Shown in pieces: positions 41,840 through 54,628 of a stretch of DNA of 64,000 bases. Origin of the DNA: Stegostoma tigrinum (lineage: Eukaryota); NCBI RefSeq assembly GCF_030684315.1, contig NC_081397.1, forward strand, positions 5,518,001 to 5,582,000, given 5' to 3'. The notes beneath the pieces are model-generated. The model searched no databases and was not told the DNA's origin. It worked only from the letters and a program-made list of their open reading frames with translations. Made by a program: the position numbers and the translations under genes. The first letter of the stretch is position 1; every line of letters starts with the position of its first letter.

Positions 41840-43115
41840 TACTAGGGATAGTCAGCATGCTTTTGTGAAGGGAAGGTCGTGCCTCACAAACCTTATTGGA
41901 GTTCTTTGAGAAGGTGACCAAACAGGTAGATGAGAGTAACCCAGTTGATGTGGTGTATATGGATTTCAGCAAGGCGTTCGACAAGGTTCCTCACAATAGG
42001 CTATTGTACAAAATGCGGAGGAATGGAATTGTGGGAGACATAGCAGTTTGGATCGGAAATTGGCTTCCTGAAAGAAGACAGAGGGTGGTAATTGATGGGA
42101 AAATGTTCATCCTGGAGACCAGTTGCTAGTGGTGTACCGCAAGGGTCGGTGTTGGGTCCACAGCTGTTTGTCATTTTCATAAATGACCTGGATGAGGGCG
42201 TAGAAGGATGGGTTAGTAAATTTGCAGACAACACTAAGGTCGGTGGAGTTGTGGATAGTGACGAAGGATGCTGTTGGTTGCAGAGAGACATTGATAAGTT
42301 GCAGAGCTGGGCCGAGAGGTGGCAAATGGAGTTTAATGCAGACAAGTGTGAGGTGATGCACTTTGGTAGGAGTAACCGGAAGGCAAAATACAGGGCTAAT
42401 GGTAAGATTCTTAGTAGTATAGATGAGCAGAGAGATCTCAGTGTCCATGTACACAGATCCTTGAAAGTTGCCACCCAGGTTGACAGGGCTGTTCAGAAGG
42501 CATACGGTGTTTTAGCTTTTATTAATAGAGGGTTCGAGTTCCGGAACCAAGAGGTTATGGTGAAGCTGTACAAAACTCTGGTGCGGCCGCACTTGGAGTA
42601 TTGTGTACAGTTCTGGTCACCACATTATAAGAAGGATGTGGACGCTTTGGAAAGGGTGCAAAGGAGATTTACTAGGATGTTGCCTGGTATGGAGGGAAGG
42701 TCTTACGAGGGAAGGCTGAGGGACTTGAGGCTGTTTTCATTAGAGAGGAGAAGGTTGAGAGATGACGTCATTGAAACACATAAAATAATCAGAGGGTTAG
42801 ACAGGGTGAATAGGGAGAGCCTTTTTCCTAGGATGGTGACGGCGAGCTCAAGGGGGCATAGCTTTAAATTGAGGGGTGAAAGATATAGGACAGATGTCAG
42901 AGGTAGTTTCTTTACTCAGAGAGTAGTGAGGGAATGGAACGCTTTGCCTGCAACGGTGGTAGATTCGCCAACTTTAGGTACATTTAAGTTGGATAAGCAT
43001 ATTGATGTACATGGAATAGTGTAGGTTAGATGGGCTTGAGATCGGTATGACAGGTCAGCACAACATCGAGGGCCGAAGGGCCTGTACAGTGCTGTAATGT
43101 TCTTAAAAAAAAAGA
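41840..43115 (+). mobile_element. 5'-truncated CR1-clade LINE (RT C-terminus and 3' UTR), nested in an opposite-strand copy
   Basis: DVVYMDFSKAFDKVPH, GVPQGSVLGP, FADN, LYKTLVRPHLEYCVQFWSP (ORFs 41896-42129 and 42092-43024, one frameshift); TSD ACTATCCC at 41832-41839 and 43116-43123. Confidence 0.9.
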
Positions 43116-45380
43116 ACTATCCCATCATCATCCATATGCTTATCCAAGGACTGTTTAAATACCCCCAATGTGGCCGAGTTCACTACATTGGCAAGCAGGG
43201 TGGTCCACACCCTTACCACTCTGAGTAAAGAACCTGCCTCTGACATCTGTCTTAAATCTATCACCCCTCAATTTGTAACTATGCCCCCTCATACAAGCTG
43301 ACGTCATCATCCTCAGAAAAAGACTCTCACTTTCAACCCTATCTAATCCTCTCATCATCTTGTACATCTCTATTAAATCCCCTTTTGGCCTTCTTCTCTC
43401 CAATGAGAACAGACCCAAGTCGCTCAGCCTTTCTTCATAGGGCCTGCGCTCCAGGTCAGGCAACATCCTGGTAAATCTCTTCTGCACCTTTTCCAATGCT
43501 TCAACATCCTTCCTGTAATGGGGTGACCAAACCTGCACACAATATTCCAAGTGAGGCCTCACTAGCGTTTTGTACAGTTGCAGCATTACATCATGGCTCT
43601 GGAACTCAATCCCTGTACCAACAAAACCGAACACACTGGAAGTTTTTTTTAGCAGCACTATCAACCTGGGTGGCAACTTTCAGGGATCTATGCACATGGA
43701 CACCAAGAATCTTTCCATTGACCCAGCATTCTGCCTTCCTATTATTCTTCCCAAAGTGAATCACCTCATATGGATCTGCATTGAACTCCTTTTGCCACCT
43801 TTCAGCTGAATTCTGCAGTTTATCCAAGTCTCCCTGCAACCTGCAACATTCTTCCACACTGTTGACCACTCCAGCGAATTTAGTGTCATCTGCTAACTTA
43901 CTCACCCATCCACCTTCGCCTGCGTCCAAGTCATTTATAAAAATGACAAAACAGCAGTGGTCCCAAAACAGATCCTTGAGGCACACCACTAGTAATCAGA
44001 CTCCAGGCTGAATATTTTCCATCAACCACCACTCGTTGCCTTCTTACAGAAAGACAGTTTCTAATCCAAACTGCTAAACCTCCCTCAATCCCGTGCCTCT
44101 GTATTTTCTCCAATAGCCTACCATGGGGAAATTTATCAAAGGCTTTACTGAAGTCCATGTACACCACGTCAACTGCCCTACCTTCACCCACATGTTTGGT
44201 CACCTTCTCAAAAAACTCAACAAGGTTTGTGAGAGACGACCTGCCCTTGACTATTCCATGTTGACTCTCTCTTATAATCCTTTCCGAAACTTTTCCTATA
44301 ACAGATGTAAGGCACACTGGTCTATTACTACCTGTGTCACCCCTACTGCCCTTCTTGGACAATGGCACAACATTTGCAATCCTCCAGTCCTCTGCTACTA
44401 AACCTGTAGACAAAGAGGACTCAATGTCAAGGCCAAAGGCACCACTACATCCTCCCAGCTTCCCAGACAATCCTCAGAAAAATACCATCTACCTTCACAC
44501 ATTCTAGAATTGATAACACCTCCTCCTTACTAACCTCAATCCTCTCAATTCTAGTAGCTCGTATATCAGTCTTCTCCTCTACAATATTCTCCTTTTTTCC
44601 TGAGTGAAAACAGATGAGAAATATTTGTTTAGCACCTCTCTGATCTCCACAGTTCCACACACAACTTCTCACTTCTGTGTTTGACTGGCCCTATTCCTAC
44701 ACTAGTCATCCTCTTATTCGTCACATACCTATAGAAAGCTTTAGGGTTCTCCTTTATTCTACCTGCTAATGTCTGCTCATGTCTCCTCCTTGCTCTTCTT
44801 AACTCTCTTTAAATCCTTCCTAGCTAATTTGTAATTCTCCATCGCCTCATCTGAACCATCTTGTCTCATCCTAGCTAATTTGTAATTCTCCATCGCCTCA
44901 TCTGAACCATCTTGTCTCATCGTCACCATCTTGTCTCATCGTCACATGAGCCTCCCTCTTCCGTTTAACAGAGATACTATTTCTTTAGTAAACCACAGTT
45001 CCCTTACCTGATCACTTCCTCCCTGCCTGTCAGGGACATACCTGTCAAGGACACGCAATATCTGTAAAACCAGCTACACATTTCGATTGTCCCCATCCCC
45101 TGCATTTTGCTACCCCATTCTATGCCTCCTAAGTCTTGCCTAATCACATTATAATTGCCCTTCCCCCATCTATAACTCTTGTCCTGTGGCATGTTCCTAT
45201 CCCTTTCCATCGCTAAACAAAACATAACCGAATTATGGTCACTCTGTTCAAAGTGCTCACCTACCACTAAATCAAACACCTGGCCTGGTTCATTACCAAG
45301 TACCAGATCCAGTGTGGCCTCCCCTCTTGTCGGCCCTTCGACATACTGTGTCAGGAAACCCTCCTGCACACATTGGACAA
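43116..45380 (-). mobile_element. CR1-clade LINE ORF2 (endonuclease end to RT), frameshifted; its 3' tail lies at 41743-41839
   Basis: LTQYVEGPTRGEATLDLVL, DWRIANVVP, YMDFSKAFDK, GVPQGSVLGP, LADD, LVRPHLEYC in minus-strand ORFs. Confidence 0.9.
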
Positions 45381-47825
45381 CATGATCCCAGTTGTCTTTT
45401 CCTAATCTATAACCCCCTCGTATTCATGACCAGAACCTCAATACCTTTATTCTTCTATTGTTCCCAACTTTTACCAGTCTTCCCTTTCACTCTGCTAGGA
45501 ACATAATGCCTCTCAACTCTCATTATCTCACTTTGGACTGCCTTTCACCTGCCAGTCATCGCTTTATCAATGAATAATCTTCTCCTACCAACTTTTAAAT
45601 GTTCGTATCTCATCCCATCAAAATTTGCCTTACTCCAATTAGGTACTTGAACTTTTATACAAGGCCTATCGTTTTCCACAACTGTTTTAATACTAACAGT
45701 GTAACAAAATCAGTCCTGTCCTTCCATCAGCCATGCTTCTGTAAGCGCTACAATGTCTCAGTCCCAAGTTCCCCTACATGACTTCAGTGTGTCTGCCTTT
45801 TTTATAAAGACCCATGGCATTTTAACATGTTACCTCATTCTCTGACTTGATGTTGCCTGCCTGTTCACATAAACATGCTCTTTATAGATTCATAACTATC
45901 CTCCACTGTCTTTTGAATCTCACTGCTGAGTTTAAAGGATCGTGAATAGCACTCTCGAATCTTCTCACCAGGATATTGATCCCCTTCCAGTCCAGGTGAA
46001 ACACATCCATTTTGAAAAGATATTTTCTGCTCCAGAAGAGATCCCAATTGGCCAAAAATCTTAATCCTTGACCAATGCACCATCAACGCAGCCTTTGATT
46101 TACCTGCCTTATCATCTTATTCCTATGCTCACTACAGCAAGGAAAAAGACAGAAGTGTATGTCCTGCCCATCAACATCAGTCATGCTTGACAATATCGAA
46201 CTGATCAGTGTAACAGTCAGTACGAACATCAGAACATTTATCTTTAGAGACAGCAATTCATATAGAACACAGGTCTGATTCCATTGCTGCCCTAATCTGC
46301 ACCTTGTTTGGTGATTTTTTTTTCAATTCTACTACAGATCCAGAGACTAACCAACACCTGTATAACTCCATGAATACTTTGAGCCAATGCAAGAGGATAT
46401 GTGGATATGTGAAATTGTTATCGGTCTTCACCTGTCTGTTCCTGCTTGGTAAATGTCAGAGTGTCGTTATAAACTGTAAATCTCAGTTTATGCTCTGTGA
46501 GTGTAGTTATTATTCTTTTCCTGTAACTCTCTGGTCAATACAGAAACAGGTGTCAGGTTCTTGTACATGAAAGTGAGAGAGTCAATGTCAATCTGTCCCT
46601 GTATGTTTCTGCAGTGAGATATGGTAAGTGTTATTATCAGTGTCTCTTTGGTGGTTCGTACCATATGTGCACCATCCTCTGCTTGAAGAAGCTTCCCCAG
46701 GTCCTTTTTAAATATTTCCTTGCTCACCGTCAATCTATGCCCACTATTTTTGGAGACACACAACCCTCGGAAATAGACCTTAGCTATTCACTCTATCCAA
46801 GCCTCTCATGATTTTTGTAATGTCTAGAAGGTCACACCTCAGTCTTTGATGGTCCAGGGAAGTAAGCCTCCTTATAGTTAAAATCTTCCAGTCCTGACAT
46901 CTTTGCAATTATTTTCTGCACCTTCTCAAGTTTAGCAACATCGTTTCTATAGCAGGGTGACCAGATTTGTATGCAGTACTGTAAAAGTGGATTCTGCAAT
47001 ATCCTGCACAGCCGCAACATGAAACCCCAACTCCGATGCTGAAGGCACTGACCAAAGAAGGCAACCATGCTGAATGACTTTTTCACCACATTATCTATGT
47101 GTGACTCCACCTTCACATCACAACGCACATACACCTGGAGTTCTCGTTGTTTGTCAACATTCCCCATAGCCTTACCATTAATTGTACAAGTCCTGCTCTG
47201 TTTTGAGCTATGAGAATGTACAAGTAATTACCATTCTCTCCCTGTCAATTTCAGCAATGTGAGTACGCGAGAGCACTATCAAAGTATGCCTGTCCGTTTT
47301 TGTTATGTCCCAATACAAGTTTAATAATTGATCTATACATGTCAGTTTTTGCGTTGTGACAGAGAGTGAGGTTGTCAATCTGTACTATTCACTTTCTACC
47401 CGTGTGTATCAAAGTGGCTTGGTTCTCTGGCATTCAGTAATATTCTCAGTGACTGTGACTCACTTTGTGAGCGTAGCTATGAGTGTGTTGAATGGGTCTT
47501 AATCACTGCATTTCGATATTTATGAGATTTCTGTCAAGTCTGTGGAGGTGAGGAACAAGAGAGATGGGATGATGGCATGGGGAGACCAATTTCATATGAG
47601 AACCATTGTGAATCAAAATATATTCTCTATCCAAACAAGAAATTATGTATCAGATACTGGTCCTACCCATCAGTGAAAGACCTTTCCCTTTTTACTGTTC
47701 CGTGGGATCACTGAGGCATTTAGTTTAGTTTCACACACATAGTTTTTCACAAAGCACCAAAAATGTATTATTCTACATTTGTCTGTCCATGCTGCATGAT
47801 ATTTTTATACTGATAGCCTATACAG

Positions 47826-48146
47826 TAGATTAGATTAGATTCCCTACAGTGTGGAAACAGGCCCTTCAGCCCAACAAGTCCACACCGCCCCTTGAAGCTT
47901 CCCACCCAGACTCATCCCCATATGACCCACACACCCCTGAACACTACAGGCAATTTAGCATGGCCGATCCACCTAGCCTGCCCATCTTTGGACTGTGGGA
48001 GGAAACAGGGGCATCCGGAGGAAATCCACGCACACACGGGGAGAATGTGCAAACCGTACACAGACAGTTACCCGAGGCTGGAATTGAACCCGGGTCCCTG
48101 GCACTGTGAGGCTGCAGTGCTAACCACTGATCCACCGTGCCGCACC
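47826..48146 (-). mobile_element. HE1-type shark SINE (full length)
   Basis: tRNA-like head (GGTGG.TCAGTGGTTAGC...GGGTTCAATTCC on minus), CR1-like tail ending in (ATCTA)n. Confidence 0.8.
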
Positions 48147-49427
48147 GAGGTGACTGTGATTTCCTTATCACCCAAATCAGAATCACAGACTTGGTCCAGC
48201 ACAGAAATAGGCCATTCAGCCCATTGTCCTAGTACAGGTACATTCTATTTTTCATCTGTTCTCCATACTAGTTTCCAGTAATTGTTGGGAATGAAGCTTC
48301 TCGGCTACCATGATATAGTTATGGAAATATAGTACTGGCTGAAAGGGATTGGAATTGTTAGCTTAGTCAATTGAGATGTTGTTATAGGTTGTTTATGGGT
48401 AATGCAAACTATAATTTTGAAGGGCTCATTCTGTGCTGCAAAGCTCTTTTGACTTGAGATCTGAGAGTAGAAATCAGTTTAAACGTAATTTTTCTGATGT
48501 ACAGTGTATATGGACCTTTATCACTTTTAGACGTCATATTTTTATGACAGAATGATGAACAAGTTTTGCAAGTCATTGTAAGTCAGTCAGGAGGGATGTG
48601 TGTACATGTCAGGGGGATGTGGGAGGGCAGACATGGTCATTTTTTGTGTGTACACACAGTAAGCGTTCTTTCTCTATCAGAGTTTAGACCACAGGTTCAT
48701 TTGGAATTTAGAATGTTTAATTGCTGTGCTTAGTATAGGACAACTATTCATCAAAAAACATTAACTTTGTCCTGCTCTGTTACTGACAATGTCAAAGTTT
48801 CCTTCTATATCTGCATTCAATGCCTAGTTGACATATCCTTGTCGTGATGATGGAACAGCACAATCTATTTGTTGACCTGGATAGTTACTTTAAAAATGCC
48901 TTCACTACATGAGTTTAATACTCTTCTTTTTTGGAACTGGAGTGACTCAATCCACTCTGTGACTGTGGAAAGAATTTTCTCAGCTCTGGCAGCTGTAACA
49001 TACCTCCTGGTTGGTAGAAGCAGCTGGTTACATTTGGCTTTGTACTAAGGAAAGATTACATTGCCTTGGTCCATTAAATAATTCCCTAGAGGAACACAGA
49101 AGAAATTTTTCCTGTAAATTATCAACTGAGTAGTAAAACATCAACTGATCAATGCAATACTCAGGCCATAGTCATTTGATTTTGTTGGTTTTAAAACACC
49201 ACAAGTTGAACAGAGCACCTGCACAGCTCCATAAACGGAATGCCTACACAGCTCAATAGCCAGCTCCCAACACACTAACTGTTGAAAAAAAGAACAACTG
49301 GCACTATTTCAAACATTTCACTGGAGAATTTTTAACCGGTGACTGCTATGTTTATCCCTTTACACGATTAGCACATTTGTATATACTGACTGTTTTTCTC
49401 TTGCACGCTTCAACGCCAATTCACAAC

Positions 49428-49919
49428 AAACAGCGTGAAACAGAAGCTAAGCAATTATTTTACATCAGTGTTTAGAGATTTGAAAACCTCAAGACTGACC
49501 CCCAGCATCTTCTTGCCGCTGTGTCTCCCTCAGCAGGCCCACACACAGCCCGAGAAAGGCCTCTCTCTCCCCGCCCCCAGGCCGCTCTCTCTCCAAGTTC
49601 CGGGACCAGTTCCTGCTCCGCTCGGCCTCTTACCAACAGCCCCCGGTTCTCCCTGAACTGAGCCCGAATCAATGCCGGTCTCGGAGCCCCACTCTGTGTC
49701 CCAGACTCACATCTCGATGCGCTGCCGGAAGGAGCCTGCTGCTCCCTCGCTTCCCTGGGCGCTGGTCTCTCCATTGCGGTCTGTTTCAAACAAACCTCTT
49801 CCACTCACTGAGTAAATGCCCCTCAATGGCAGCGCAGGGGGAGGGCCTCACGCATGCGCTCCTCCAGTCAAAACAGGCATCTTCGTGTGGGGGTGAATGA
49901 ACAAGTATCGCGCATGCGC
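49428..49919 (-). promoter_or_regulatory. CpG-rich NRF1-motif promoter plus putative first exon (module copy B)
   Basis: NRF1-type palindromes at 49850-49859 and 49910-49919; ATG at 49774; donor at 49705-49710 on the minus strand. Confidence 0.55.
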
Positions 49920-50514
49920 TGCTTTTCATTCTCTTTCCCAGAAGCAAACATTTTCTGAAGAAGGGTCTAGGCCCAAAATGTCAGCTTTCCTGCTCCGAAG
50001 ATGCTGCTTGGCCTGCTGCGTTCATCCACCTCCACACCTTGTTATCTTGTACCCTATGTATTCTCACATTGGCCTTAGTGGAGAGTTCCAGGGTCTTGAT
50101 CCGGCGACAATGAAGCGAGGGATATATTTCGAAGTTAGTATGGTGCGTGGCTTAGAGGAGAAGTTGCTCTATATCAAGAACGTGTTCCTCCACATCAGCT
50201 ACCCAAAACCGTTTAAATGGATGTATTCGTGAGTATGGAAGGTGCTCTTTTTACAGTTTACAAAAGTCATTTCAGAGGTCAATTTAACACCGTTTTTGAT
50301 CCACGGAAGAGGCGTACAAATTGAGAAGAAAAAGGACTTGAAAAAACTAAAAGTACCTGAAGCTGGGGAATATTTCAAAATCAGGAAAGAAGGAATAAAC
50401 AAATGCATTGATTATGAATGAGAAAATGAGGAAAAGGTTATAATTGCAGAAGCCATTAAAAACTAACTTTTTAATGTCTTAATAAATATGTAAAAGGAGA
50501 ATGGAAATAAATCT

Positions 50515-51111
50515 AGTGATAATGGGAACTGCAGATGCTGGAGAATCCACGATAATAAAGTGTGGAGCTGAATGTACACAGCAGGCCAAGCAGCATCTCA
50601 GGAGAGCAAAAGCTGACGTTTCGGGCCTAGACCCTTCATCAGAGAGGGGGATGGGGTGAGGGTCCTGGAATAAATAGGGAGAGAGGGGGAGGCGGACCAA
50701 AGATGGAGAGAAAAGAAGATAGGTGGAGAGTAGAGTATAGGTGGGGTGAAAGGGAGGGGATCCAGCCCAGCCTATCTCTGCCCCCCTAACCTGTTCTTCC
50801 TCTCACCCATCCCTTCCTCCCACCCCAAGCCGCACCTCCATTTCCTACCTACTAACCTCATCCCACCTACTTGACCTGTCCGTCTTCCCTGGACTGACCT
50901 ATCCCCTCCCTACCTCCCCACCTATACTCTACTCTCCAACTATCTTCTTTTCTCTCCATCTTCGGTCCGCCTCCCCCTCTCTCCCTATTTATTCCAGTTC
51001 CCTCTCCCCATCCCCCTCTCTGATGAAGGGTCTAGGCCCGAAACGTCAGCTTTTGTGCTCCTGAGATGTTGCTTGGCCTGCTGTGTTCATCCAGCTTCAC
51101 ACTTTATTATC
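50515..51111. mobile_element. Penelope-derived inverted pLTR insertion with two intact hammerhead cores; 14-bp TSD
   Basis: Arms ~50551-50761 and 50901-51111; cores at 50615-50642 (-) and 51020-51047 (+); ATGGAAATAAATCT at 50501-50514 and 51112-51125. Confidence 0.8.
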
Positions 51112-51129
51112 ATGGAAATAAATCTCGGT

Positions 51130-53760
51130 TGGTAAACACAAATGCAAGTCACTTACAATCAAAAAGAGGGGAGTCCATTGTGAGTAACACAAAAAAGGCT
51201 ACCCAACTGAATACTTACTGTTTTTCTCTGTTCACACAGGATGACACAAATAACACGTCAGGAATGTTGGGGAAAACAGAGTTGAATGAGAGAGAGAAAC
51301 TGAATCAAGTCAGTATGATTCAGTAAATTGTGTTGGGAAAATTGATAGGACTGAAGGCTGGGAACCAGGGACTGATAACTAATGTCCCAGAGCTCATAGT
51401 GGGTGTATTGATGGCGATGTTCCAGATCTTCATAGGAGCTACAATAATTTCCAAAGATTGGAGGGTAATAATGTAAACAATCTATTTGTAAGGGGTGTGT
51501 AGAGGTAAAACTTGGAATTTTAGACCAGTCAGCCTGCAGGAGAAAAAAATGCAGATAATTGGGATAAAATGTCAGGATCAGACAGAGTCAGCATGGATTT
51601 GAAAGAAGTGTTCGTCTGCTGTACTGTTCTATGTTTCCAGCCTGACAAATCTACTGGAGTAGGAATGATAAAACAGATGTATTCATTTTAATTTACAAGA
51701 AAAAAAACTTTTTAACAAAATCCCACGTAAGATATTAGCATGTGAACATCAAGGAAATGTGATTGGTGCAAAGCATCCTGAATGATTTTACTTTTAATTG
51801 GCTAGACTATAGGAAACTCGTAGGGGGAATGAATGGATTATTTTTCTCAATAGCAAGAATCAGTTTTAGGATGAAAACTCTTTGCAATACATTCATAGTG
51901 ATTTGGATGAGGGAAACAAATGTAATATCTCCAGGTTTTAAAATGACACAAAGTTGGTTGGATGGTCAGCTCTAAAAGAGGATGCATTGCATGGGATGAA
52001 GTCGAGACAGTGGGCAAATGAATATCAGACACTGTTTAATGTGGGTAACTGTAAGGTTATCCACGTTGGTAACAAAATAAAAGGAAGGGAGGTCATTTTC
52101 TGAATGTCGATAAAGGGACACAGTGATCTTTGCAACAGGACCTGTGTGTCTCATACACAAATCATTGAAAGGAAGTATGCAGGTGCAGCAGGCAGTGAGG
52201 AAGGCGAGAGGTATGTCGGCCTTTGTGGAAAGTGGATTTGAGTACAGGAGAAACAGTGAATTGTGACAATTTATCAGGACATCTGTGAGACAGCAGTTAG
52301 AATATTGAGAGCAGGTTTGGCCTCCTTACTGAGGAAGGATGATATTGCTGTGAATATAATGTTAACAGGCAGCTTACTGGGATGAAGGAGAGGTTGAATT
52401 GTTTGTGAATATATGTGCTGAAAGTCAGAAGAATGAGGGATTCTGTTAGAAATCTGTAAGACACTGTTAGACCGAGAAAATGTAAATGCAAAAAGAATAT
52501 TCATGTTGATAGGAGTCTTATTTTTAGGAGAAAGGATGTCATTCATGGCTGAGAAGGTGGGAGTTGACTTAATTCAGAAAGTGGTGATCTTTTGAAACGC
52601 CCTGCCACAGAAATCAGCCACGTTCAACACATTGTATGAGTTCAGCATGGTGTCGGGTGTAACACTTGTGGCAAAGGGAAGCAAGGTATAATTGGCTTAA
52701 TGGCAAGAGGCAGAGAGTGAAGATGGAGGGTTGCTTTTTGGACTGTAGGCCTGTCATCCAGAGGTGTTCCCCAGGGATTGGGACTGAATCCTCTTTTGCT
52801 TGTCATTATATAAATGATCTGAATGAGAAGTCATGGTAAACACGTTTGTGGATGATAAAGTTTGTAGCATAGTATTAAGGGGAGAACGTGTCCTAAGATT
52901 ACAAATGGATCTTGATCAAGTACCTCGATGGGCTGGAAAATGACATATATAATTCAATCTGGATGAATGCAATGTTTTGCATTTTGGAGCAACTTACAGA
53001 GGTAGGCTTTGAATGATTAATGTAGGTCCTTGGGTAGTGTTTTAGGATGCAGGGACCTATCCTGTTGAAGACCTATTGAAATCTGCATCACATCTATACA
53101 GGCTGTTTATGAAGGCATGCTTGCCTTCATTGCACAGTCCTTTGAGATTATGTGGTGGGAAGTCACATTGAGGTTCTAAAGGGGCTTTGGTGAGGCAAAA
53201 ATCTGGTAAACTGTGACCAGTTCTTGTTGGACAGTAGGAGTAAAGATATTATTAAGCTGGAGAGGGCTCAGAATAGATTCACCAGTATTTTGCCATGTGT
53301 GTGAGGTTTGAGTTACAAAGGAAGGATGGATAGGCTGGGACTTTTTTCACTGGAGCATAGAATGTTGAGAGGTCACTTTATAGAAGTGTTTAAAATAATG
53401 AGGGGATGAGACAGAGTTGATGGCTGTTGTCCTTTGCCTGAGTTTGGGTGTTTGGGGATGAGGGGCGGGTGGAGGTGGAATTGAAGACCAGAGTGGACAT
53501 TTTTAATGTGATGGGAGAGAGATTCTGAAAAAAGACACCCCGGTCTTTTTTTTTTACACAGAGCATGGACGCATGTGGAATGAACTTCCTGACGAAATCG
53601 TCTCTCTGGCTCCAATTGTAACATGAAAGCGACATTTGGATAAGTACGTAAATAAGAAAGGAAACAGGCCAGGGACAGGTCGGTGGAACTAGTTCAGTTT
53701 GGCATTGTATTCGACATGTTATGGTTGGACTGAAGGTTATGCATCCTTGCTGAACGACTC
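51130..53760 (+). mobile_element. Two old CR1-like LINE fragments in tandem
   Basis: Decayed RT-region sequence (gattggagggt, cagcatggattt, ggtgttccccaggga, gtggatgat) with many stops. Confidence 0.6.
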
Positions 53761-54472
53761 CATATGAGAGTAAAACGGACACAGGCTATTGAGTTAGATG
53801 ATCTGTCATTTTCAAGATGAGTTGGAGGAGATGTTTGAAGGGCCGATTGGTGAGTTCCAGTTGTCATTATTTATGTTTCTATGTCTGTTTATTCCCAGAA
53901 ACAGTGTTGAGTATTGTCACCGGAATGAAAAAAAACTGATCTGGGTGATCAATGGAACTTCAAACCAGATGATTGGCTTTTGCAGCTGAATGTGGAGAAG
54001 AGCGAATCTCCGGCGCACCGGCCTCAGAGAGTTTAACAGTTACTGAGGGGAAAATCTCCAACTAACTCCCTGATGTCCGAGCAAAGGCTGAAAGGAGAAT
54101 AAATGATATCCTTCCATATTTACATTTGGCGATGTTTCTGGCCTGTGACTGTGTGGATGTGAATATTGAATCAGAGAGACTTTGGGAAAAGGGCGGGCGG
54201 GTTAGTCTAACGTCACTGTGTTTGCCTGTCCGCTCATATCATGATATTTCCGAATCTCTCTTGTGCAAATCCAAAATATTTTCAATTCCATTCATCCACC
54301 TGCTCCCCCACTAAACCCCAAAGCTAGAATTCAAGGCTGTGTACACGGAGCCGTCAATTCGAGTGAAAACTTTTCGGCTGCAAACCTTCCCGTGTCAGGA
54401 TCAGGAACGATCGAGCCTGGCTCTCTGGAGATGCGGAATTGCAGAGGAATTGGAGAGTTTCTTCCGAGAGAG

Positions 54473-54546
54473 AAACACAGAGAGGCAACAGGAGCAGGGA
54501 GCTTGAGGGCAGGTTGTCTCCGCGCCGTCCGCTCGCTGCCTTTAAG
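54473..54546 (+). promoter_or_regulatory. H1 promoter: H1/AC box and TATA-like box
   Basis: AAACACA at 54473-54479 (H1-specific box); TTTAAG at 54541-54546. Confidence 0.7.
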
Positions 54547-54628
54547 TTGCTCAGTGCCGCCACCAGCAGCTTCATTGCTGACCCAGCTCAGTCTGACAGA
54601 GAGAGAGATTCAGCGCAGAGTTCCCGAC

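Noticed and set aside
54263-54628. 122-aa N-terminal extension of H1 in the ORF track
   Set aside because: Non-ATG start upstream of the H1 box and TATA; the real start is ATG 54629.
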